A DNA stretch of 64,000 nt from Tubulanus polymorphus (lineage: Eukaryota > Animalia > Nemertea). The notes under the pieces were generated by a model. That model saw only the letters and a program-made list of their open reading frames with translations. It was not told the origin of the DNA and did not search any database. This document shows positions 12,031 through 24,254 of this stretch, piece after piece. The stretch covers positions 10,788,001 through 10,852,000 of the forward strand of contig NC_134025.1 of NCBI RefSeq assembly GCF_964204645.1, given 5' to 3'. Numbering within the stretch: the stretch's first letter is position 1; each line of letters opens with the position of its first letter. The position numbers and the translations under genes are program-made.

Positions 12031-15000
12031 GATTTTGATATCTCTAGAGAAAAGCAGATGTGTCGCAACAGGGAGTCAGCGTCTCTTGATGCATCAAATA
12101 CCAATCCAAATTATCTATATTGTCCATAATTAAAGCGAATCCGAGATAGCGGGAATAAAAAAAAACAATCCCACCTGATGATGGCGGTTGGTATACAGTA
12201 TACATAATAAAACTTACAATTCTTTAATTTTGCGATTATTTTTTGTTCTTAATTTTTACGGTCGTGGTTTTTTGAGTCCGACGGCGAATTAATCTCCGTG
12301 CCGACGTAGTGTGAAATTATATCCGTATCATACTGGTGTATCGTACTGGCATTGATTGTTTATGAGGAAATAAATCTGGCTGCTGGAAATCCTTGCACGT
12401 CGAAAGTTCCCCATATAGGCCTACTCGGGTATCTGGGTATTCACGTTTGAACAGTCAGTCTGATTACTCCAAGAATCGATAGACGGCGATGGCGAGTCCA
12501 TAAAATCGTGGACATTTGATGAATGCGATACATTTCATCCGTGTAAGATAAGCTGATGAGCAATCCTTTTGAAACAAATGGGAGCCGGTACTTTGCTAAT
12601 GATCTCCACCCGTTTCTTGCTTGGAGTGAACATTACTTAGAAAACCCGCTTACTACCTCGTGGCTATAAGAATTTCTAGCACGTACAAAGTACAGTTTAT
12701 GCTTTTCACTTGTGTGTACGGCTTAGATTTGAGTCCTTCGTCAATTCAGTTGACGAAGCCGGGCTCATTAGATAAATTTCGTTCTGAACATTTCAGTGAA
12801 ATGTGCTGGGCCCGCGACTTCTCACCAAAAGCGCTATGGATTTTTTTCAACTTTGGTGGCGGGTTTGATCATTGGCTGGTAAAATAGATAGGCACTGCGC
12901 ATTATTGTATTATTAGGCAGTGATTTATTTGCCAAATCTAGCTGTTTAGTAGACCGGATTGTGTAGTTGTCACTCAGCATCGCGTCAGGTGAAGCTGTCA
13001 TCACGGCACATGATGGATGAGCTTACCCAAATAGATTCCTCTCAGCCTCCGTGTACCGTGGTACTGATTTATTACGGATGATGTATCTGGTTAGCTTCCT
13101 ATACGCGAAGAGCTGTTGTGTTCCTTGAACAGTGACCAAAACAAAACAATAAAAAAACACTACTCTTCCATACAGTTATCTGTGAATGCAGGTTCATTCT
13201 TTTGTACCTTCGGTACTTTATTTTGATGCATCCCCCTTTCTCTCTCCTTCTCCTTTGCAAACAACTTTGAGATCAAAAGATTGTTATCTAATTATTTATT
13301 TGTTTTACACCGTGTTCACTAGATACCTTATAAACACAGGGAATAACATCAGAAAATAACAAGTAGGCCTAGTCGAGTCGGGTGCTTGGCGCTAACATAC
13401 ATGATGGGATCATGAAAGTTTGACGGAAATTACTGACTGACAGTTCGCCTGTATATCGAACCGTCTGTTCCATCGATCTCAACAATTAGATGTCGAATAG
13501 GCTAATTAAGCAAAAGCTCGTTAGCTTTACGCAATTAGGACTGCACTGGTCAGCACCCATCAATAATCGGCCTGTCCAGGAATTCCAGGCAAGCAGTAAC
13601 GTTGATTTATGATACCCATCTCCACTTCCTTTCTCGTGCGGATCTTCCGGATTTTGATGAAACACTATATCACACAAGACTATATAGGAAATTACACCGA
13701 AAATGCTAGCTTCGCGTGGGCCTATACCAGAAAAATAAGCGCCTTCCATTATTTTGCGCGAAACTCGTCTAACCGTTTCAGGGTTGTGATTGTCTCGTGT
13801 AATACAAGCCTGGTTTTAGAATTGAAATATAGAAAAGCTCTGTCACTTTTCAAAAGATGAATTCGGAGCCAGCCAAGGCCATGCGTCGTCGTGACGGGGA
13901 ACAGACTTTTCCAACAGGTTGCCTTTACACACACCGCAGTCAGCCAATTCAATTTTCGTCTCCCGAAGCTTCGTTGTCACATTATGCTAGACACGTCTGA
14001 AAACTCATTCGGAACAAACATCCAGGGAAATCTCTGTTATGTTTAATTCAACAGGAGTTAAACAAGCCGCATAGAGAGCGAGAGGGAGAGTGAGAGCGAG
14101 AGGGAGAGAGCGAACCACCGAGACGATAAGGTGCCGGGAGATGCGCCTGTGAAGAGCGAATACGTGACTGGATTCGACAATGAGTTCGTTTGTCAGGATG
14201 AAACCAATTGGTTTTATTATCTTAGCCCTATCGATTAAGGATAGGATCAACAGTTCTCGGGGCTTGTGACGGCTCGCCACTATCATTTCAGGACATTAGA
14301 CCAGCGATGGACGGCATTTATGCATGCTTTGAATACCGGCTTATAAGATCAACTGCAATGGACAGGACTTGTGACGCAGTAACATTCAATATAAACCTCG
14401 ACAGTACTGATGATACACACGTTTTCAAAGGAATCAGCTTTGAAGGAAAGAAACACATAATCTTCAAGAAAGCTGATCGTCTACGCAGTCTACAACGAAA
14501 GTGATAAAATTTGCTAGTGCATTTTAACAGCCACCAATTCCAGGGAAAGTAAACATTTTTCCCTTGAGTACCGTTATTTTTCTAATCTGTGATCCTATAA
14601 GCAAATACTTATCACGCCTCCCTTCGCTAGTACCTGCATTGTATTCGTAATTGCTTAATGATAGCAGTGGCCGTCGTTAAACCTCGAAGACGTCTTTCAT
14701 ACAATAAAAATATCCCGAAAGCAATATATTTTACTGCTTGATTCCGGGTTTATTCGGTGCAATCTCTCATGATATAGACCTGGGCACCGTAACCGAGAAA
14801 CCTACGATCCTCGGGGTTTTATAATGCGAGTTTTATAGCAGATTCATTACTTAATTAATCTTAGCCACGCGTGACTATATAGCTAAACAACAGTAGCAGT
14901 GCTCAAAGTAAAAACCACACAGCTAGTTGATTATTCCCTAGATTGAGTGGTTGGCCAAACTTATAAGAATACGATGCTTTGCAATGAAGTTTATAAAAAA

Positions 15001-15090
15001 TGCCCGATTAATTTGTTTCATGCTTTCGTGCTTTTTCTTTTGAATTCCACTTTTCTCTGGTAACCTGGGACGTCCATGACTACCATAGAC

Positions 15091-15324
15091 CAGGGGAGGA
15101 TTTAGGGGGTCTCGGAGGTCCGGACCCCTGGATTCCCATTGAGTTTCTCATCAAGTAGAATGCAAATTCGACACACATTCTTTCGGACATTGCATATTTC
15201 CAGACGTATTTCTTCAGAAATATCAGGATAACGATGGTGGGACCCTGCCTATGAAATGGCTGCTTGATCTGAAAAAAATATTCTTCACGACCCCAGCCAT
15301 CAAAATTTCCTAGACCCGCCCTTG
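15091..15324. mobile_element. MITE of the CAGGGGCGGATCCAG family
   Basis: CAGGGGAGGATTTAG...CTAGACCCGCCCTTG, with ATAGAC on both flanks. Confidence 0.65.
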
Positions 15325-17282
15325 ATAGACTTTAGTAGTAAATCTGGTTTTTGAATAATGTCTTGTTAGTGGTCCTTCTGGCTACATCCGTGCTAAAATG
15401 TCGAGTGGATGGCAGTCAGTGCCGAAAAACATTGAAGATCGTCATCGCGTATACAGGGATTTATAGGCTGTAGTATTGTCACGACTTCAGAATGCATTGA
15501 ATATCGTTTTATCGTTTCTGATAATTCCAGTGAATTGGTTCATACAGCATCATGAATAGGTCCTTTTGCGTGGGCTTGAATCAAATAAGATTAGACCGTC
15601 CTTGTGATAAGCAGAAGGTCATCTTACAATAAAGTATAGTTGTTTCCTTTGTGCGCTTACCACCCACTTAGAATCACCTATCGAATCAAATATTTGATAT
15701 AGATAAAATATAATGCTAACTCCAAAATCAAAATGAACTTCAAGTTCAGAATTGGGTCGGTCAGGGCGAGCACATATCGGGAAAACAAAACATACGACTC
15801 GGGAAATATGTCCCACGAGAATTAATATACGGTATAATTCTGCCATAAACAAGGTTTATTTACTTAGTTTATAGCTCACGTTTTAGCTGCTGTTGTTCCA
15901 TCGACTTGTCCGGGAGCAAACGAGCACATAATGGCACCAAGCATCTAACGGGGTATACTGTGCTAGCATACGCAATATTTCCTCGATTTTTGTCGCACAC
16001 TACGGTACTAGAAGTGTTCAAGTTGTGCTTTTACTTACTAGGTGTTGGGGTTGCGCTTGTTAAGATAGTAAAGAGACATGAACTTTAGCGGTTTTCAGCA
16101 TAGGGTTTCAGTTTCGGGGAAGCGGTGCCTATTCAAAACCAATATTCGCAGCTTATTCACTTAGTACACGGAACATTGAGCCAGGAACTAATGAACTGTT
16201 GCTCCACGAGTCTATACGAAAAGACTTTACGATCGGTAAATTAAGATTTAAATGTCCTTGGTTGTAAAAAACTAAGGACCTTTTTGATGAAAAACGCAAT
16301 GGCTCAGTCTTTTAGAGACGCAGTCAGCCGCGTGAAAGTAGACTTGTAAAAAAGCTTACACCAATTGTGTGGAGCGTATCGAGACCCGCTCGATCAATGT
16401 CGCGGGATGAAATCGCGCTCTTCATACAAACAACGACTGGTGGTATTCTGCGCGTCCCAGACTTCGCCGTATAATATATGACAATGATTAACGATTATGA
16501 TCTATTAATTACGTACATTTATCATAGGAAACGACATAAACAGCAAAGAACGTGCAATCTCGAGAATCATCCCGAAGATTTATAACCATTTAACCCGCGA
16601 CATCTCCGCGAGATGCGTCTGACTAAAAGTAATTTTGGGCCGGTTGGAAGTTTTCGATTTTCTTTTTGGCGAAGAGCATATAAATGACATGATAGCTGTG
16701 GCAGACGTGATGGTGTCTGCAGCATAAATCTGTGTCGGGATCAAAAGTAGATAAACAGTGTAAAACATTGATTGAAATCTCTACATCGAATTTTGTAGAC
16801 GTAATTTGCCCAAAATTCATATTGATTTATTGGTATTTTGAATAGATTCACCAAAATCGAGGAGCAGCATTTGGTGAAAGTTTTTCTATGCCCCAGTTTT
16901 ACTGAACACGTTGATGGGGCATATCGTTTTGCTTCGCGTGATGCATCCAGGAGGTTAATTGCGTCGGTATAATTTTCGTGACCATATTTTATGCCTTGGC
17001 TAATTGGCTGTCATCGTTAGTGACTGCCGAGATAAACAAACGAACTAAATGTCGAGATAATGCGTTTCGCCGCGGACTCGTAGAGGTTTCACCAATAGAG
17101 TGCTGACCATGCTCGCACCGTTATCCGCACAGTTAACGCTTTTCTTTTTAGAGAAAATATACCGGGCTGAACACACAGCAATCCTCAAAACTCTGTTTTG
17201 TGAGGTGTTAAGGCCAGGATGCTTTGATTGGGAGCTGGGACTCCTCTTACCAACGTCTTCCTGATTAGGGCAACTAGCCGAT

Positions 17283-17536
17283 CAGGCGCGGATCCAGAGG
17301 GGGGTTCAGGGGTCGTGACCCCCCGCTCAGCTACCAAAAGAATTTTTAGTCGTTTTCTGGAAGGAATTTACTCAAGACAAAGCTGGTTGAAAGTACCACA
17401 TAATCGGTACCATATCATCTTATGTTTGGCCAAACAATATGCCCCTACAAGCCCCCTATCATTAGAGATTTTAGTCGCCTTAACATTAACATTTTCTATG
17501 AACCCCCTCCTGGAAAGAATCCTGGATCCGCGCCTG
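17283..17536. mobile_element. MITE of the CAGGGGCGGATCCAG family
   Basis: Perfect 15-bp TIR CAGGCGCGGATCCAG...CTGGATCCGCGCCTG. Confidence 0.8.
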
Positions 17537-20040
17537 CCTATAGCCTACGTATCGAATATAATGCACTCGTGCCATGACAAAAATTACAAACAGACAGAGA
17601 AGATACTTTCAAAACATGTTCTGGATCTAAATAACCATAACATTTACAATACACTTTTGATTTGATAATTGATTTTTGGGAGCGTGCACTACGTCATCAA
17701 GATATCAGGGTAGACAAGTTACCAGTCAATTCAATTCCAAAATCGATATATTCAAATACACAATAACTTAGAACAGGTGCATTATATTATATCATCTATA
17801 TCATATCATTTGTTATCGACGATATCAAGCAAAATATATACAAGTTGTCATTTCAACGCGTCAATAAACTTTTGAGTTATAATTTCCTTGTTTATGAAAC
17901 AACTTTTGTCTCGAGTCTTCAATGTTCGTTCGCCCTGATACAAACACCAAAGAACAGCGAGCACTGTGTAGCAATGATTACTCCAAGGTGTATCCAATGG
18001 CTTCTGTATTTCGGGGGAGACCGAGTTTTCAGTTGGTACCAGCTGCTAGTGCACATCCCTTTGTCAAGGCGTACGGAACAGGATTATTAATGACTCCTCG
18101 TGTGGTATGCGACCCTGTGAACCATACTAAAATAACGCATTATTCTAGACTTCATCAATCATGATTTTGAAGGGCATCATTTTTCAAGTATGCAAATGCT
18201 GTCAAGACGTACCTAACGGTGTTAAAACAGCGATACACAGGCGTGCATATCAACCGAATACGCCGTTATTCGGCGCTTAAACTGGCTCAGAATTTCAAAA
18301 AACAACCGTTGTAGCATTGATTCGATCACCAAGCCAGTGAACGATCACACAAATCCGATTAGGCATGTTCATTCTCTCTAATATTAGCGTGTGTTTTGAA
18401 AAATGGTAGCGCGCGATTTCTCTTAAGTTCTTCTCGGGCTTTTTTCTCGCAAAACTATCAATCCATCGTTGTTTATCTTTTTGTAGCATTGAACACAAAG
18501 ATGAGAACATATTATAGAAGGGTTATGCATCTGTTCAATGCGTGTGTTATGAGAGAAAGGCAATCTTCTCGGCTGGATGTAAAACGAACCAAGAAGTATA
18601 TACATAATACACCGAGATACGCATATCAGTTCAATCTGTATTCGTCGTAATTAATCGAATGATTTAACTGTTGCATCAACGCACCGAGCCGACCGTCCTG
18701 AGTGGACATTCGAATGAGTTCCGCAGATGATCAACAACGGGTTCGGCGTAAATTCAATTTGGCCAATTCGAAATGGACGACGACGAGGCTATCGCTGATT
18801 AGCGGCAGCGGGGTTTAACTAATTCAGGGGCCGTGTATAATCGAGTAGGGTCGTGTACGCGGAGGTCAATGCTTTAACTGCATTTATGATAGCGACGGGC
18901 ATCTGAAAATCTCGCATCCCATCAGATTTCGCCGTCATCATCAGTAACATAGTAAATTGAATATAGTGATAAGAACATTTCTCGAGTGTATGTGTGGTTT
19001 GATGGTCGGACCGAGCGCCGACGTTTTGTTGTATCAGTACAAATAGCTAGCTAAACAAATGGCGAAACGCTTTGATCTTCGTATTCTAGGTCGAGTATAT
19101 AATTTGTGTGATAACCGCCAAATCTTGATTGACAGATAAAAAATGTTTTCCTTTTTATCATGCACAATTCAAACCGACAAGCAGGACAGTTCAAGCCCGA
19201 GGCATTATTTGATGAGGGTAAGTCTGGGTGCACTGGGACATAACAGGCTGAAAATTATTTAAAAAAAGTACGAGTCTCGCCGTGGAGCATCAGATATTTC
19301 ATTTCAATCAATCTTAATCAGCTTACATCCTTAGCCGGACTAGGATTTCAAGTGTTCGTTACTGTAGAATCCCCTTTCAAAGAATGATGTGGCAATGGGA
19401 TGGCTAACAATATTTCGTGTCGTCCCTGCAAAGTATGATTTTCTTCGGTCAAGCGAACCCAGCATACGATTTTACTTTTGGAATTATAACGAAGCCTCTT
19501 TCCTTCGATATTATTGTATCTTAAGTCTTATTTTCTTTGTTAACAGTATCAGCTCATTTGTTCGTTATAGAAATAAGCGTTGCTAAAGAATGAAGTGCAC
19601 TCCGGCGCTAAGCTGGGGACCGTACTCACGAAGCACCCGTAAGTTACGTGTCACGTTTAGTTAGGAGTGCTTCGTGAATAAGGACTTTTCTCTACGTATG
19701 AACTTACGTGCACGTGGCACGCATAGGCCTAGCCGCGGATCAATATTTTAGTGGAGTTGAAAAGTAGCCCGTGAGGGAAAACTGTTCTTGTTTCGATCAA
19801 AATGTCTTATAACATTTGTATACAAGCATACTTGAGTATAGATATTCAACATAAATGCCAAACGTCAATTTTGCGCCCGGTCTATGTCGACATTATTTTA
19901 GCAAATCATGAACTCAGAAAATATCTGCCAAGGCACCCGAAACACGGCTCCTAGGTATCCTGTATCAACACGGGCAAAACTTCTACTCAATATGCGAAAG
20001 AAACAACGTACATTTTCTAAGGCATAACAAATACTGAATT

Positions 20041-22442
20041 TTTATTTTCTTTTTGTTAAAAAAATGCAACAGTGTGTATTTCATCGGTTCGTACGTATTT
20101 ACATAATGACAATCGTCAATGAAAATAAACTATCTTTACATTTAAATAATAAATCGACAGATATCGTTTCGTTTCATCTACGAGAAATGATTACATTCGG
20201 TACATCAAAAATACATGTATTTTCGATATTATATACTACTAATTGTACGTTTAACACACCAACGCGTTAAATATCGAGGCAAAAATCTTCTAATTCTTTC
20301 TGAATCATGATTAGTCAGCAAAGTGACCGTTACTCCATCATTTTGGTTCTTCGTTATAAACTATCAACGCATATACATGTTGTATAAGGAATTCTTTATA
20401 ATTGACGTGGAGCGATTAAACACTTTCAATCTATAATTACAGTTCCGATGTGAAAGAAAAGTTCGACAGTTCGTTCTCGAAGCGGCGGTGTCGTCGCATT
20501 ATGCAAAAAAACACCGATTGAAAATAACATGATTTCGAAATGACATTTCGACTGTTCATAATAAAATAATTGCATGTTGCGCATTTTAAAAAGGTGTTGT
20601 GTACAGGCTTACGAAGCGAACGTACGTTAAGCGTATATTGACAGACGAACAAAAAGCCTTGATTTACGCGCTTAAACAATCTAATTGAACGGTATAAGAC
20701 CGTAAATTTTCAAACGGCGCACCGTAGCTTATAATTACGGCTTCGAATTCCTCGACCGAACGTATAGTACGTGTGTAGAACATCGGTTGTTTTCTTGTTT
20801 CCGACCAGAGCTGTGGCAAACGGTAATATATCATCGAGACGGAAAGAAAAAGAAAATTTATGCGCACGCACCGGCTGGCGCATAACAAGCGCACATGAGA
20901 CGCCGTTTTGTTGTTGGCGTACAATTGTCAATAAAACGCCATTGGGAACCTATTCAAGAATATTATGGAATATATACTCGACGGCCAGACTGCGCATACG
21001 TTTTTTCCTCATAAACAATATAATATTCTCTAAGCCATATAAGAAATACCGGAGACAAAAAAGTTTCACGTAATCACATTTATAATGCTATCGTATCATG
21101 TTACATATCGCCGATGGCGGAAATTTCTCTGGCACCTGCACTCTAACCACAAATACGAAATAACCCCTGCTTTGTTTTTTTTATATAGACGTCAGATGAT
21201 TTACTGACCAATTATATCGCCAGGGAGTCGAAGTCAGGCAATATCGAACAACCGCGTTGTGAGTTCGACTCCCTGACTTTGAGACGATCTTTTTTTTTCA
21301 TTTACAATTACACATCGTATATTTTCCACATAGACGTTGCTTCATGCTTCATATCGTATTTTAACAGGTAATATATATATGGCGAAACACTTAACCCACA
21401 ATAAAAGAAAAAAACTGCAAATGTCCTCGCCAAGTTTTCTTCTGACGAATGTGGGGTTGGTTTCATCTACACGCTATATAGACTGATGTAATCTCGATAT
21501 ATGACTTGACTCGACATTCGAAATCGTAAAATATTCTCATAAAAGAAAAACAAATTTGTTTGAAAATGCTATTTCAACCGCACACAAATATACAAACAAG
21601 TGGAACAAAACGCTTGGCTCTCTTTTTCGAGGGACGAATAATAAGTCGTATCGCTCTTCAAGAATGTCGACTGCTGCACGGAGAATGAATAGCAATGCAA
21701 ATCATCCGAAAAGAAAACGATACAGAGGGTAAAATGAGGTTAATTTGCGACGAGAAAATATCGCCATTCACCGTAGGAATTGTTGGCCATTTTGTCATTT
21801 TTCAGTCAAAGAACGGCTTTGTAAAGCTATCGCCCTTCGTTTGAAATAACCAAAACATACGAGAGAGAGGGGAACGATTATTTTCATAAAAGCCGCTTAG
21901 TTTCAATGCGTGCACGCACTACACTGTAATATATCCGTCGAGTTTATACAGCAATGATAATCAGGTACCGCAAACACGCATGAAAACATTTCAAGATCAA
22001 TTTGCCAATCTGAATTTTGATGTACGCAATGAGCTTTAATAATCTGTATTTACACTGAATATCGCTGATTTTCGTTGATAGCCGGCTTCAAATTGGATTA
22101 GGCAATATTTATCCTGCGCAAGAGACGCGGCCCTCAATGTTTATACAAACACTCGTGCCCCCGGGTTATGTGCAGTTATGCCGAAATCGGTTTCCGTTTT
22201 GTAAATATTTATGAAATTGATATGCGATATTGTTCCACCGTATATGTATGTATATAAATATGTATATATACACAGACGTTATCATTTGACTTTAAAAAAT
22301 CTAGCCCTTGTCGTTGGACTTCCAAAGCCAGTTCCGATGGTAATTCCTACATGTCTATAGATGTATAGATGACATTTAGTTCGTTTACAGCCAATATTTC
22401 TTTCGATAGAGGTTTCTCTTCATCAAATCACTAGATATTATG
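20041..22442 (-). other. Probable ~2.4-kb 3' UTR of Frizzled-9/10
   Basis: No credible ORF; minus-strand AATAAA at 20041-20046; several UGUANAUA motifs. Confidence 0.5.
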
Positions 22443-24254
22443 TCACACACGAGACGTCGCCCCTTTCGAGAGTGACTTGTGGCCGCGCGTCTTCGATTTG
22501 TGGTGATGGTGGTTTATGTTCTGCGGGCCGGAAGGGGGTATGTACGTGGGGATGTTCGACTTCCTACGCGTGAAACTACGCACACAAAACGTCTTCCACG
22601 AGCCCCACGTTTTATAACTCCATATCCACATGCCGCTCGTTATTCCGACGACTAAATTCATGAATATCTGCAACATAAATACTTCCACTTTCGGTATGGA
22701 CTGCGGGAGCCGGCAGTCTTTCACGCCGCGTCCCATCGCTCGGCAATCTAACAACATGGCTATTTTCTTCCACTTGTCTAGATTGATGTATTTATAAAAG
22801 TAACAGCCGACTACGCACATCGCCGGGACTGTGTATAAAATGGAAAACACTCCGATTTTCGCCATAAGTTTCTCTAATTTACGAATGTTCGAGCCTTCGT
22901 GCTTTTGCTTGAGGTCCTTACGAATACTGAATAACGACGCGAAACCGGCTAATACGAACAGAGTGCCGATAATCAAGTACGCAAATAGAGGCCCTAGAAC
23001 AAAGCCAACCAAGGCATTTCTATCTTGATTGCCTACGTAACAGAGTCCGGTAAGTTCATCGCCATCAACACGACGCATGGTCAGTATGACGATTGTCTTG
23101 ATGGCGGGAATGGCCCAGGCGGCCAAGTGAAAGTAACTACTCAGGGCCTCGATGGCTTCCTGGCCCCATTTTCTCGCAGCAGATAAGAACCACGTTAAAG
23201 TTAATATGACCCACCATAGGTTACTAGCCATGCCGAAGAAATATAATATAAGGAACACAATAATACACCAAGTGCTCTCTAAACCTTCTTGGATCAAGAA
23301 CACTTGGTCGTTTCGGCCTCGATCGCAGGCTATAGCGTCTGGACCGGTCACGGCCCTTAGAATGTAGGCACCAGAATAAACAGCGTAGCACATTGACAAG
23401 AAAATGATAGGTCTCTCCGGATATTTGAATCTGGACGTGTCTATCAAAAACGTGAGCACAGTAAGCGTGGTGGCTATGAAACACAACGACGCCCAAACAG
23501 TCATCCAGATTTCGGCAAACATTTTGTCGTCGGTTCGGAAATTCACGTCCGTATCACATCTGGGCGCGCAAGAGTCGTTCGAGTAAGCCTTATCGACGTG
23601 GACGAATCTATCCGGGCACGTATCGGGCTGGTGCGTGTACCACGGCTTAACGGTCGGCTTTACGACCCCTTTCAGTATCGCTTTATCGTAAACATCGCTA
23701 CTTTTACCGCGCAATACTTCCAACAGATTGTACCATTCGCTGTTGTCCGGGTCCAGGAGACCTTCGTCAAAGCCGGCGCCGCCTCCGGCTTCCTCGGCGA
23801 CGTTGGGGGCTTCCATGCATAAGTTGGTCGGGTCGTTCCTCTCCGGTAGGTTATCACAGGACAGCATGCTCGGCCATCGAAAATTGAACTTCAACAGTAC
23901 CGGTTCGCATTTTGATTTTACCTCCAAACACATCGATCTACACACGGGAATTATCAAAGTTTCGTCGAGCTGTTCGGTGCACATAGGCGCGTACAGCGAA
24001 CACAAGAAAAACTGTAAAAGTTTCGAACAGCCAATTTCTACAAGTGGAATAAATTCATGTACCTGTATTGCAGCATCCTTTTGGTTTCGATGTCCGATCT
24101 GATTCGGCATCCTCGTCATATTGTATCCCATGTCCGTGCATAGCGGTATGGTGATCGGCTCGCAACGCCCATGCTCGGAGTCACGGTGGTCCTGTAGCGT
24201 TAAAGCCATCGGTGCGACCGCGGTCACGAGAAAAAAAAGCGGCAACACTCGCAT
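22443..24254 (-). CDS. FZD10: Frizzled-9/10 Wnt receptor, intronless CDS, 603 aa
   Basis: First ATG at 24254 (MRVLPLFFLVTAVAPMALT signal peptide); the ORF track's TTG start is not used. Has a 10-Cys CRD (CEPITIP..GYNMTRMPN..GH.NQ..AAIQ.HEF.PLVE.GC...NDP..LCMEAPN, the FZD9/10 type), seven TM segments with YPERPIIFLS, the KTxxxW motif (KTWGSW) and a PDZ-type C-terminus SRV. Confidence 0.96.
   Translation of the reverse strand: MRVLPLFFLVTAVAPMALTLQDHRDSEHGRCEPITIPLCTDMGYNMTRMPNQIGHRNQKDAAIQVHEFIPLVEIGCSKLLQFFLCSLYAPMCTEQLDETLIIPVCRSMCLEVKSKCEPVLLKFNFRWPSMLSCDNLPERNDPTNLCMEAPNVAEEAGGGAGFDEGLLDPDNSEWYNLLEVLRGKSSDVYDKAILKGVVKPTVKPWYTHQPDTCPDRFVHVDKAYSNDSCAPRCDTDVNFRTDDKMFAEIWMTVWASLCFIATTLTVLTFLIDTSRFKYPERPIIFLSMCYAVYSGAYILRAVTGPDAIACDRGRNDQVFLIQEGLESTWCIIVFLILYFFGMASNLWWVILTLTWFLSAARKWGQEAIEALSSYFHLAAWAIPAIKTIVILTMRRVDGDELTGLCYVGNQDRNALVGFVLGPLFAYLIIGTLFVLAGFASLFSIRKDLKQKHEGSNIRKLEKLMAKIGVFSILYTVPAMCVVGCYFYKYINLDKWKKIAMLLDCRAMGRGVKDCRLPQSIPKVEVFMLQIFMNLVVGITSGMWIWSYKTWGSWKTFCVRSFTRRKSNIPTYIPPSGPQNINHHHHKSKTRGHKSLSKGATSRV

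Noticed and set aside
12641-12660. let-7-like sequence on the minus strand (CGAGGTAGTAAG)
   Set aside because: Only the seed region matches; the 3' half differs and no complementary arm is evident.
22831-24102. Antisense and alternate-frame ORFs over Frizzled (likewise over PAWR, the CUB exon and the ShKT exon)
   Set aside because: Shadow ORFs of real coding exons with no recognisable motifs.
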